Assembly: GCF_030028105.1 (NCBI RefSeq)
Contig: NC_092384.1
Location: 46,817,553 to 46,881,552 of the forward strand
Origin: Mobula birostris
Taxonomy: Eukaryota
DNA: 64,000 nt
Direction of reading: 5' to 3'
This document shows, piece after piece, positions 26,345-38,219 of the stretch; the stretch's first letter is position 1, and every line of letters begins with the position of its first letter. The translations under genes and the position numbers were made by a program. The notes beneath the pieces were generated by a model, which saw only the letters and a list, made by a program, of their open reading frames with translations, was not told the DNA's origin and did no database searches.

Positions 26345-27240
26345 GTTAAAACCAAGTTTAAATAAATAGATTTTGAGCTGGTGTGCATAAGTACCATCTG
26401 AGAATAATTGAATTCCAGAATTTAGGAGCATAATTCAAAGAAGCCAATTATCTTTTGAGAGAGACTGTTTAAATTTAAGTGACCAGCAGAAGAAGACCTG
26501 ATTGTTTGAGGACGATTATAAAACAAAAGTGGTTCTGTGATGTACTCTGGTCCTAGACCATTAAGAGCTTCAAAACAAATAAGAGAACTTCAAAATCAAT
26601 TTTAAAAGATACAGGAAGCCAATGCAGAGTAGATAGGATGGGAGTGATACGCTCCCTCATCCTAGTTTTAGTTAAAAGTCTAGCAGCTGTGTTCTGAATG
26701 AGTTGAAGTTTGTCAATAATTATGTACAGAAGATGGAAGTACTTGAGCTCAGAACAAAACTGTTTTAAACAAAAAGTGGAGGGATCTGAGTGAAGCAAAA
26801 AGATGAAGAATTAATGCATCAGATAGTTGGAAATTCGTGGTCACATTTCAGCTGTTTCAAAAAAAAAATGCAGTCATCCAATCTACTTTTGGCTTTGCTG
26901 AGAGCAGAATAGAAACTGACAACCAAGGTGATAAACTCAATACAAGAAGCGGAACTTTCTGTTATCAAAATACCAGCAAAAGAGGTCGGGTATATGTCAT
27001 ACATAAAAAATAAATCTGTTATAAGCTCTATTTTTATGAGAAAAGTAGGTCTTTTAAAGCAGTTATGACATTTATAACCAGTTAATAGCAACTGATCTTA
27101 AGTGAAGCTCATATTCCAATCTACTTTTAGGATACAGTCAAATTTTCTACTTTTACATTTGCTCAAAAAGCACAGGAATTTGAATCCCCAGCTTTTGACT
27201 TCAAAAGACAGAGGAAGAGGAAACAAAGAAGGACAAGGCT
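26345..27240 (-). mobile_element. L2 LINE remnants
   Basis: LQLIQNTAARLLT...ITPILSTLHWLPV is the characteristic L2 ORF2 C-terminus. Confidence 0.8.
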
Positions 27241-27579
27241 AGAAACTGGTTGGCACCTAAAACAAAATTACACCTTGTTATCTGCTGATTTGCAGTTTCT
27301 GGATTTATGTACTCATGAAGTCAGCCCCAGTCCATATCTTTTTTTACAAATAAGTGTACTATAAAAATATGTCCATTGAGGAATCAATGATTATCAACAT
27401 AAATGCAGTGATCTGTTTGCAGAACACTTGTATTTCAGGGACTCTTAGCTGTACTGGTACAGGTAGGCACACAGGAAGAACCTGAGATTCTGGGGGTATC
27501 TCCAGGACGGGAAAAGACGATGGGATGAGATGGGAAAGAACATAGTTTTAATTTCATAAATCCTTCTTTATTCATAGAA

Positions 27580-28816
27580 TTTGCAAAAATTTGCCTATCG
27601 CCACAATAGGTCAACGGCAGATACAATCTCAATGGCTCCCCACAAGGCTTTAGACCACCTAGACAACACAAACACCTACGTCAGGATGCTGTTCATTGAC
27701 TATAGCTCAGCATTTAATACCATCATTCCCACAATCCTGATTAAGAAGTTGCAGAACCTGGGCCTCTGTACCTCCCTCTGCAAATGGATCCTTGACTTCC
27801 TAACCGGAAGACCACAGTTTGTGCGGATTGGTGATAACATATCCTCCTCGCTGACGATCAACACTGGCGCGCCTTAGGGGTGTGTGCTTAGCCCACTGCT
27901 CTACTCTCTGTATACACATGACTGTGTGGCTAGACATAGCTTAAATACCATCTACAAATTTACTGACGATACAACCATTGTTGGTAGAATCTCAAGAGGG
28001 CGTACAGAAGTGAGATATGCCAACTAGTGGAATGGTACCACAGCAACAATCTGGCACTCAACATCAGTAAGATGAAAGAGCTGATTGTAGACTACAGGAA
28101 GGATAAGACAAAGGAGCACATACCAATCCTCAAAGTGGAGAGAGTGAGCAGCTTCAAGTTCTTCGGTGTCAAGATCTCTGAGGATCTAACCTGGTCCCAA
28201 AATATCCAGGTAGTTATAAAGAAGGCAAGAAGGCAAGACAGTGGTTTGAAGAGATTTGGCATCTCAAAAACCTCTATAGTTGTAACGTGGAGAGCATCCT
28301 GACAGGCTGCATCACTGTCTGGTATGGAGAGGCTATTGCACAGGACCGAAAGAAGCTGCAGAAGGTTGTAAATCTAGTCAGCTCCATCTTGGGCACTAGC
28401 CTACAAAGTACCCAGGACACCTTTAGGGAGCGATGTCTCAGAAAGGCAGCATCCATTATTAAGGAACTCCAGCACCCAGGGCCTGCCTTTTGCTCACTGT
28501 TACCATCACTGAAGACACACACTCAGCGATTCAGGAACAGCTTCTTCCCCTCTGTCATCTGATTCCTAAATGGACATTGATGCTTTGGACACTACCTCAC
28601 TTTTTTTTTAAATATACAATATTTCTGCTTCTGCACATTTAAAAAAATCTATTCAATATACATAACTGATTTGCTTGTTATTTATTATTATGTTTTATTT
28701 TATTTATTATTATTATTTCTCTCTCTGCTAGATTATGTATTGCATTAAACTGCTGCTGCTAAGTTAACAAATTTCACATCACATGCTGGTGATAATAAAC
28801 CTAATTCTGATTCTGA
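27580..28816 (+). mobile_element. Rex1/Babar LINE, 5'-truncated
   Basis: [34 protein letters not shown] and RFRNSFFP motifs; tail aataaacctaattctgattctga. Confidence 0.9.
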
Positions 28817-29678
28817 TACAGGACATTCAATTGTCACCACTTTCAGAAAATGCTGCATCATTACATGACATCAGTACGACATAAATATGCCTTTCTATAC
28901 ATTCCTTCAGCAAAGAATCTTGAATCCAAGATCCCAAGGGTTTTCTTTTAATGAACGACAGCCCCTCAGTAAGCAACAGGCCCTTAAATGATACTGTTCT
29001 CCCCTTTCTACATTTGCTGTGACTGTACCAAACATCAGTGTGTCCCTCAGAATGACATCCTAGGTTTGTAATGTCCCAGTGATAACAGACTATCACAGAC
29101 AGCTCTAAGCACTGGAAGACCAGCAAGTTTTGGTCAGATCAGAGGGCATCTTTTACTGATTTGATAATACTCCAGCAATACTTGCCATACGCCTTTACAT
29201 GCCTAGACAGGAAAATCTCATAAAGCACAGAGTCGGTGTTATATAACCTCTGAAAACAAACCTCAAAGAGCACAGCAACATTTTCCACAAAAACAAAACA
29301 CATAAAATAGAAAGAACATGTAATAAGGAGTACTTAACTGGAAGGCAATGGTTTCTAGCAAAGAACCATATGAGCTAGTGCACATTTAAACTCATAGTGA
29401 ATTCCACCTCAACACTCTGTTAAGATCTAGCTAAGTGTGTAAAACAACTTTTCAGAAGAGACATCAAAGTGTGTATTCCCTGCTATTTGATGTCTCTGTG
29501 TTTGGATGCCAGTCTCTTCACTTTCTTGCATACTACATTCAGAAAGCCAGGAATAAATTTCTAAAATTTGTGCTACTCGCACAGTAAATGCCTGACTGCT
29601 GATTCAGTTTTTTGATGAAATCCTATTGCATTTCATGCAAAAACATAAAACAAAAAAAAACTGTATCAAGTTACTTAC

Positions 29679-29773
29679 TCAGATGCTGGCTGGTCTGATT
29701 AACTGTTGTGGTGCTGAAAAATTTCTGTATGTGGTCAGTTTTGATCATATGAGAAGGCAAGGATATCAAATAT
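29679..29773 (-). CDS. ZCCHC14: ZCCHC14-like exon: YLISLPSHMIKTDHIQKFFSTTTVNQTSQHL
   Basis: ttgtcag|ATATTTG...CATCTGA|gtaagt; 95 nt, phase 2 to 1. Resembles ZCCHC14 YLASLPSHVLKNDHVRRFLST. Confidence 0.82.
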
Positions 29774-30523
29774 CTGACAAAATATAAATTCAGTAAAATA
29801 AATGTACAGGACAATTAATACTACAATGGTTTCATTTTGAAATGCTGATTACACAATACAATGGTCAATTAAGTTAAAGCATACTAGCTGTTTATAGTAC
29901 TATCATCTGTAATCAACACTAGAAGAGGAAAAGGGCCTTTACACTTACAAAATTAAGATATTGGGCTTTTCCTCCAATAAGAGCACAACCAATACAAAGG
30001 GGAAAATATTTTTTAAGCAGACAGCTTACATTAAAAACCTACAAACATAAAAATATAACTATTAATTTGAAATTAACCCTAAAGAAGTTTAAAAGCTCTT
30101 TTCTGGCTTTAAATACCGGTTGAACTGTTGTATACTGTGGTCGGTAGTATACGTTTGTAGCTTAAATTAGGTTTGCATTTAAAGTTCAGAGTAGCACTTA
30201 AAACACTCTCCATCTCATTTATAGATTGTTGTTCTTGGGATTATGTCAGTTGGGATTTCATTCTTTTGTCAGCTCTTTCTGTGTAATAACAGCATCGAAA
30301 AAAACTGTAGTCAGACACTGAGGTCTGGACAGCTTTTTGATTATGCCCATAAAGTGGTGCTCCAGGCAAATGTTAAGAATATTAAAAATTCTAACACACA
30401 TGTTGTAATAAGACTGGACATGTTACTTTGTTTATCAGCTGAATCTAAAATGCCTCTGTTTTTCTAAGTGTAAATGAGCACAGACTAAGTAAGGGGTTAG
30501 TGCAAGTCCATTTTAAAAGTGTA

Positions 30524-30721
30524 AAAGGCATCCGTTAGTCTTACGAGACCATGGATCTGTGCCTGAAAAGTCTTCACTCTCCAGGGTGCAGGCCTGGGCA
30601 AGGTTGTCGCACAGCAATGTGTGATTAAGTGCCTTGTACAACATTTTGCCTCAGCTGGGGCTCGAACTCACGACCTTCGGGTCGCTAGTCCAATGCCTTA
30701 ACCACTTGGCCACATGCCCGC
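30524..30721 (-). mobile_element. tRNA-derived SINE
   Basis: Minus-strand head with A box TGGCCAAGTGG and B box GAGTTCGAGCC; 12-bp TSD tttaaaagtgta (30512-30523, 30722-30733). Confidence 0.85.
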
Positions 30722-32986
30722 TTTAAAAGTGTATTTGTTTAATTTACTTTTAATTTCCCAGTTAATTGGGTAACCAGCTAGAAGCAAGGTGATTCGAATG
30801 GGAATATGGGAATATAATTGTTAATATGCCTAACAATGTGGTATGTTTTAGTACATCCTCCAAAGTTGGACTTTGGTGAGTAAGGAACCTCAGAGAGGTT
30901 GTAGTGATAGTGATTAAATAAATTAACTTAATTAAATAAAATTTTAAAATGGCCAAATCAGTTGATGCATTGCAGCTGTAGGATATGGAGATGATGGAAA
31001 ACAATTTGAATCCCTACCAACCATATCAGTGGTAAATGTCTGCATCTTGAGAGGAACAACACATTGGATTTAAAGAGGAGGAGTCTGAGATTTGAATACT
31101 GCAATGTATCAAGGGAGAAAATTACTTGGATATATTGTTTAAGGAGCAGTTACACCCCTGAGATTAAGTACTGCCAGGTCAAGAGGTAGAAAAAAAAAAC
31201 ACTTGATCATAAGCAGGGTAGACATGGGTATCCAGAAGGTATTGTTAGGAGTTTCAGCTCTTGCATTTGTCCAATGAGTATGAGTTTCTTCCAGCCTTTG
31301 TGCATGAGAGCAAAGACCTCAAAGCAAACAAGCAAAGTAACAACAGCATCGTGGAGTTGCCATTCATGTTGGAGAAAACAAAATATTGTTATTGGGATCA
31401 CTATAATTTGAGATTTAGGGTGAAAGCCTAAGGTCTGAAGATTGTTTTGCCTTCCTGAGACTAGTGTTGAAGATAGTTCCTTGGGGCTGGAAAAGCACTT
31501 GGTGGAAGATCATGATATTGATAGGATAAAGGAAGAGGTTCCCCTGAAGGGATATGAGCAGCAAGAGATCAAATTTAAAAGCAGAAAAACAAAGGCAATA
31601 ATTTCTGGATTATTAATAAAAACTTCTGCAAATTGGCCAAGGATAAATTATATCAGAAAATCCTGCCTGGCTCATGGATGCTGTAGGAGAAATGGGTTTC
31701 AGTTATGAGGCTCTGGCACCAGTACTGAAGAAAGTTGGGTCTGTTACATTGCAACAACAAACAATCAGCTGGAGGAACACAACTGTAGGAGGAAAGGAAC
31801 TGTTGACACTTCAGGTCAAAACCCTTTATCAGGACTCACTGGGACTGCCCCATGGGAATGGGTTTCATTAGAATGGAGTCAGGCCAGTATCTCAGAAAAC
31901 TGAAAAATTATGATGATAGATAAAGCTTAAAACAAGATAGTTGGGGGGTGGGTGAGGGGAAATTTATAAACTTAAAAAAAGATGTATAGTGGTATATGGT
32001 AGCAAAATGGAAATGATAGCCATAGTCTGTCAGGAAGGGACAGAGGGACAGCGTAAACATTAAAGAATACTTCTAATCAGAGAGTTGGAGTAGGGGATAA
32101 ATGGCACAGACAAAATTGAAGGTATTTTGTCATTTATATATCACACATATAACAAAATATGTGAATAAGTAGTGTAATGCCCTCATTCAGATTTCTACTG
32201 CTTTGCTGTGAGATAGTTTATTCTAGCAGCTTTCTGTAAAATCAGTGTGCCATGCTGGAAGGAGTGTTTTGGCTTCAGTTAATGATGAGGAGCCATGTTG
32301 TCCAACTTAGAAATGTGTGTCACCCAATCAGGATTGTGGGATATGACAGAAGGTTCTAGAACTATGGGGAAGAGTTTGCTGAAGGGCAGTAGTCTGGGTT
32401 GTGGTCTTTTGGCAGGAGCTGCAGAGTGGGGCCTAAGAGAAAATGCTGCAGAATGCCGTTAGAGAGTCCCCATTGCAAGAAGTGCTTTGTGTAAATGAAT
32501 AGCTCCAAGGAGGAAGCGCTGATACTCCCAAGGGACAGTCAGTTTGAGATGTCTTCAAGGAAAGTTCGGAATGTGGCGGCTGCTTTCACGTAGACTCTGG
32601 GTCTAGAGCGTGAGTAAAGAGATACTCCCATGGATACTCCCATGGCTACTCCAGAATGAGCTCCAACATTTATGTGCACATTGGACTGGTTTAACTGTAA
32701 TGGCCCCTTTTATTTTTCTTTTCTTTTACTGTAACATCTTTGTTAAAGTTGAAAATTTTGTAAATATATTTTCTTTATAATTTTATGCTGGTGTACCATC
32801 TGTCACTTCTGGACTATCAATAATTGTGTATAGGCAGTATTTACACAGCACTCACTCAATCAGAACAACGCAATGTTCTTGTTTGGTTGAACTCCAAATC
32901 ACAGCAATCAGAGAAGGATATTGTTTATGAAAGGTGGCCTTCTCACTGCTAAGTCATGTGGCTGTTCACAGAGTTAGCTAATGAGC

Positions 32987-35540
32987 CATTATTCTTTTTT
33001 TTGCACTATTTGTTTTGTAATTTATACTAATTTTATGTAATTGCATTGTACCCCTGCCACAAAAAAGCCGAATTTCATATGACATAGGCAATTAAAATAA
33101 ATTGCTTCTGAATCTGTTTCTGATAATTAAGTCAGATGATAATGGGAATTATTTAAGAAAGAGGTGGCAAATGGAACCAGATGGGGGAATAAATCTGATA
33201 GGTGAATTATGTGACTGTGGACTACCTCATATTCTACCTGGATTATCTACAGCCTAACAATAGGAACACTGAACTTTCCATTTTCAGGAAATCCCTATCC
33301 TTCTGTTTACTGTGAATAACTGAGATCTCTTTTTCATTTCCTCTATTTCTTGAACTTGTGCTCTCACCTTCCTCTCCCTCTAAAGTGAACAGATAGAATT
33401 TCTCTTGTTTCCTGAAAAAAAGACATTTTACAGATATCCTGGAATAGAACCCCCCCCCCCCCAAAAGCAGATCAAAGTTCAAAAAAGTTCGAAGTTCAAA
33501 GAACATTTATCACCCTTACAACATACAAGGCAGGAGGAGGTGTAGTTAGTCTCTAGAAACACCTTAGCTATCAGATTCTCCATTAAAGCTTTTTCTTTGC
33601 ACAATGCTTGATCGAAAATGGACTGTTCCCTTGTTTCTTAAATGTACTGATTGTCAAAGTTAAGAAAGTTTGGATGGAGATGCGTGTTTTTGTTCATTTG
33701 TTTTTAGGCCTCCTAACAGTATTGCAGGGGACAGTATGAATCAGGCAGTTAGATGAGCAATGTAACAAGGATAATAGAACAGGAGACTTTATATATAGAC
33801 TAGGAAACCTAATAAGTAATTGTAGTATGTTGTTTTTATGACGATCAGTGCATTTTATAAGTAAACAAGATTGAGTTAGACATTCTAAGCTGTTTAACTT
33901 GTGGGAGAGATGGGCAAACTGAAAGTGGAGCAGATATTAAGGAATGTGATAAAGGCAGCAAAGAAGAAAGATCTTTGTTCATACTACAATTACTTTAGGA
34001 GGACTAAAAACAAATGAACAAAAACAAGTATCTCCATCCAAACTTTCTTAACTTTATTTTCTGAACAAAGATCTTTCTTCTCTGCTGCCTTTATCACATC
34101 CCTTAATATAACCATTACAGCACAGAAACAGGCCATCTCGGCCCTTCTAGTCTGTGCTGAACTCTTACTCTCACCTAGTCCCACCGACCTGCACTCAGCC
34201 CATAACCCTCCATACCTTTCCTGTCTATATAGCTATCCAATTTAATTTTAAATGACAGCATCTAACCTGCCTCAACCACTTTTGCTGGAAGCTCGTTCCA
34301 CACAGCTACCACTCTCTGAGTAAAGAAGTTCCCCCCTCATGTTACCCCTCAACTTTTGCCCTTTAACTCTCAACTCATGTCCTCTTGTTTGAATCTCCCC
34401 CACTCTCAATGGAAAAAGCCTATCCACGTCAACTCTATCGATCCCCCTCCCCCCTCAACCTTCTACGCTCCAAAGAAACCCAACTTGTTCAACCTTTCTC
34501 TGTAACTTAGGAGATGAAAGCCAGGTAACATTTTAGTAAGTCTCCTCTCTACTCTCTCTATTTTGTTGACATCTTTCTGCTCCACTTTCATTTTGCCCAT
34601 CTCTCCCACAAGTTAAACAGCTTAGAATGTTTAACTCAATCTTGTTTACTTATAAAATATTTCTATATAAATGGCTATTCACACTACTTTCATGGAGAGG
34701 GAAGATAGCCGGAATAAAGAGGAGCACAGGAGGGTAAGACAGGGGTCAGTTTGATGAGGACCAAGGAGGGGTGAGAAATGATGGCTAGATAGAGCTGGAT
34801 GGAGGGAGGACATGGTGCATGAAGAGACTGGAGGGTAATAAGTTGGGACACAAAAGCTATGGCTGCTGGGATCTCATAACATTCTATGAACACTTCTTCA
34901 TTCTGCCTTTTTTCAGGAAACATGGGAAATTCTCTTTGTAGAGGGAGAGGAAGGTGAGAGCACAAGTTCAAGAAATAGAGTAAATGAAAAAGAGGTCTCA
35001 ATTATTCACAGTAAACAAAAGGATACGGATTTCCTGAAAATGGAAAGTTCAGTGTTCATGTTGTTAGGCTGTAGATAATCCAGGTAGAATATGAGGTAGT
35101 CCACAATCACATAATTCACCTATCAGATTTATTCCCCCATCTGGTTCCATTTGCCATCTCTTTCTTAAATAATTTCCATTATCATCTGACTTAATTATCA
35201 GAATCAGATTCAGAAGCAATTTATTGTAATTGCCTATATGATGTGAAATTCAGCTTTTTTGTGGGAGAGGTACAATGCAATGACAAAATCAGTATAAGTT
35301 GCAAAACAAGTAGTGCAAAAAAAGGAACAATGAAGAAGTGTTCATAGAACGTTATGAGATCCCAGCAGCCATAGCTTTTGTGTCCCAACTTATTACCCTC
35401 CAGTCTCTTCATGCACCATGTCCTCCCCTATCCAGCTCTATCTGGCCATCATTCCTCACCCCTCCTTGGTCCACATCATCTACCGACCCCTGTCTTACCC
35501 TTCTGTGCTCCTCTTTATTCCGGCTATCTTCCCTCTCCAT
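32987..35540. repeat. Cluster of four interleaved local inverted duplications
   Basis: ~32987-33421 vs ~34908-35332; ~33656-33727 vs ~33984-34055; ~33852-33981 vs ~34062-34658 (split by a CR1); ~34692-34902 vs ~35329-35540. Confidence 0.88.
34110..34576 (-). mobile_element. CR1 3' fragment inserted into one inverted-repeat arm
   Basis: CR1 3' UTR (ccattacagcacagaaacaggcc); the arm sequence resumes at 34577. Confidence 0.8.
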
Positions 35541-35782
35541 TCTCAGTTCTGATGCAGGGTCTTGACCTGAAATATTAATAATTTCTTCCCCCGTCACCTA
35601 CCCCCGTTCCCCACCACAGGAGGTTATTATTTTCTTTCCTCCAGTAGTTTGTTTTCTGCAATAAGAAACATTTTTGGACTGGGGGCCTGTAACTAGTAGG
35701 GTACCACATTAAACCATGGTGAAGCCCTAGCTGTTCAAAGATTTGAATTAGGTGACTAAGTACAATATATCCATATTTTCAG

Positions 35783-36225
35783 CGGCATGTCGCATGGTCA
35801 GGTAGTCGGCGACTAAACCGGCTCCACCACTAGGTTTGTCTGGTGAGGAGGGTGGCTAGACTCCCTGCAGGACGAAAAACAAGATCTGTCAAAGGGTGGA
35901 TGAACCCTCTCGTAGGGTCAACGGCCATCTAGCAAACACGTGCCGTGAAGTGCGGAAAGGGCATCCCTTGCATCGAAGCTTGGTCTAGCCATTCACTGCA
36001 ACCGAACTTCCCCCAGCCGTCTTGGACCCCACCGTGCCACTGGATCCGGGAGGGGATGTCGAGAGGGTGGGTCTGGACCTGTGCAACCCCCTACTCACCT
36101 AAAATCCATTCAAGCACACACTGTTCCTTTCTGAGGAGTGGGGTATCCTCACGCACATATCAAACCCCACTAACTGACTGAAAGGAACCATAATCATCCT
36201 ATGGGATGGATAGCCACACAGAGAG
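35783..36225 (+). mobile_element. GC-rich non-autonomous retroposon, possibly RTE-related
   Basis: Perfect 14-bp TSD atccatattttcag (35769-35782, 36226-36239); no recognisable coding homology. Confidence 0.75.
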
Positions 36226-37133
36226 ATCCATATTTTCAGTGGATACAAAGCTGATGATCAATTAAGATCTATAGAACTGAAAGAAGACCTCCTTTCTGCT
36301 GTATTGAAATTATTTTGTAATAAAGGCTAACATACCATTTGCCGTATAATCGTTTGAAGCATCTTATATTGACAACTTGTATACAAGCACAGCCAGGTTC
36401 TTTTGACACTCAATATTGCACAATTTCTTACCATTCAACAAATAGTCTGTTTTTCTATAAAGTATGCCAAAGTGGATAACATCACATTTTTCCTACTTTG
36501 CCCATCTGTCATTCAACTTGTCATTATTTCTTTGATGCATCTTTAAATTGTCTTACATGCTTACATATACTTAGCTTGTGAGCAAATTTGAAAACATAAC
36601 CTGAGCCAAATCATTGATGCAAAAAGTTGGGGTTAAGCACTGATCTTAAGCATATCAAGATGAGAATGATTTGTTTTATTGCCAATTACCATGTTAAGTG
36701 CAGGACCTAATCAATAGCCTCTGAAAATCCAAATACACTCTGTATACTCTTCCCCCAGCTTCATTTTGAAAGAACTCTGCTCAATTCTTTTTTTTTCTCT
36801 CAGTGTGCTCTGTTATTACATTCTACATTATATGTTTCAACATCATTTCTTCCACAGGGTGATAAAACAAAAAAGCAAGAAGCTTAAATCTGTAGAAGTC
36901 AGAAAATATTTGAAACACTCAACAGGCCTGGTAGGATCAATGGAAAGGGAAGAGAGTTAACACTTTGGTTTGAAGAGTCTTTGTCAGAACTCCACTTCTC
37001 TTTCCTTAAGTGCTGTCTAATGAGCTAAGCACTTCCAACATTTATTGCTTTAATTCCAGAATCAAGAGAACTTCAGGATATAATATATTTTATTATTTTA
37101 AATACTAACTGATCATGTAATTGAGATTTTTAC

Positions 37134-37243
37134 CTGAGGTAAGGCTCCAGATCCACAAGTTTTCTCTCCTCTGTGCAAAAGTCATGGCTGTTGATTTCTG
37201 GAATGGCACTTTCCAAGTTTTCATCTGGGAACATTTGAGGAAG
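37134..37243 (-). CDS. ZCCHC14: ZCCHC14-like exon: LPQMFPDENLESAIPEINSHDFCTEERKLVDLEPYL(R)
   Basis: ttcacag|CTTCCT...CTCAG|gtaaaa; 110 nt, phase 0 to 2, open and compatible with both neighbours. Confidence 0.8.
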
Positions 37244-37619
37244 CTGTGAAGTTAAAGTAACTTTTAGTTTACTACGTAGTCTTGTTCAATCATGTTTGGA
37301 CAGGGTTTTCTAATATTGGTATTCTAAAAAAAGATCGATTCCCAAACAAAGAAGATGAAAGAGGCATAGAAGTCAGCATTGCAGCATAGAAAGGCCTTTT
37401 ACGTACCTACAGGAATTCAGGGATTCCTAAAACTGGTATATCATAGTGTTGGCAAGTAAACAAGATAGTGGCAACGTTAAAATCAGATTCAAATGCTACT
37501 TGTTGCATACCTATTTCAGGCTTAATGGACAGGTGCATGATATTTAAAACATCTTCTGCTGGATCAGTACCTGGGTATATAACCCAAAGAATTTATTTGA
37601 GGAGTCGTTTAGAAATATC

Positions 37620-38219
37620 ATGGACCCTGGCACCTGGGAGGCAAACTACCGTCTGTGTTTATTTTTCGTGTCCACAGAATCACCTATCTATCCCCCTAAC
37701 TATAGAATCTCTTATTATTGCTGTCATCCTCCTCAATTCCCTACGCTTCTGGGCCACAGGGCCAGACTCGGTGTCAGAGGCACGGCTGCTGTTGCTTCCC
37801 CCAGGTAGGTTCCCACTACCCACTCCCCACCCTCCCGCCACCAACAGTACTCAAAATAGAATACTTATTGTTGAGGGGGACAGCCACAGAGGTAATCTCC
37901 ACTATCTGACGTTCTCCCTTCCTTCTCCTGACAGTCATCCATTTATCTGTCTCCTGTAGCCTTGGGGTGACTACCTCCCTGTAGATCCTGTCTATCACCT
38001 GTTCAGTTTCCCTAACAAGCTGAAGGGCATCGAGCTGCAGTTCCCTAACACAGTCTCTAAACAGCTGCACCTCGAAGCACCTGGTGCAGATGTGGCCATC
38101 GGGGAGGCTGGTAGTCTCCTGGAAATCCCACACCTGACACCCAAAACAGAACACTGGCCATGTTGATACACCCACTGTTCTCTCAAGAGTTAAATAAGAA
38201 ATAAGGAATGAACTTACTT
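37620..38219 (-). mobile_element. CR1 ORF1 fragment
   Basis: CFGCQVW..HICTRC zinc finger followed by a leucine-zipper-like segment and VPLNNKYSIL (ORF 37816..38175). Confidence 0.8.

Noticed and set aside
30645-30720. tRNA gene
   Set aside because: It is the tRNA-like head of a TSD-flanked SINE, with no proper acceptor stem or terminator.
32200-32980. Possible solo LTR
   Set aside because: Composition is suggestive, but no convincing TG..CA termini with a TSD were identified.
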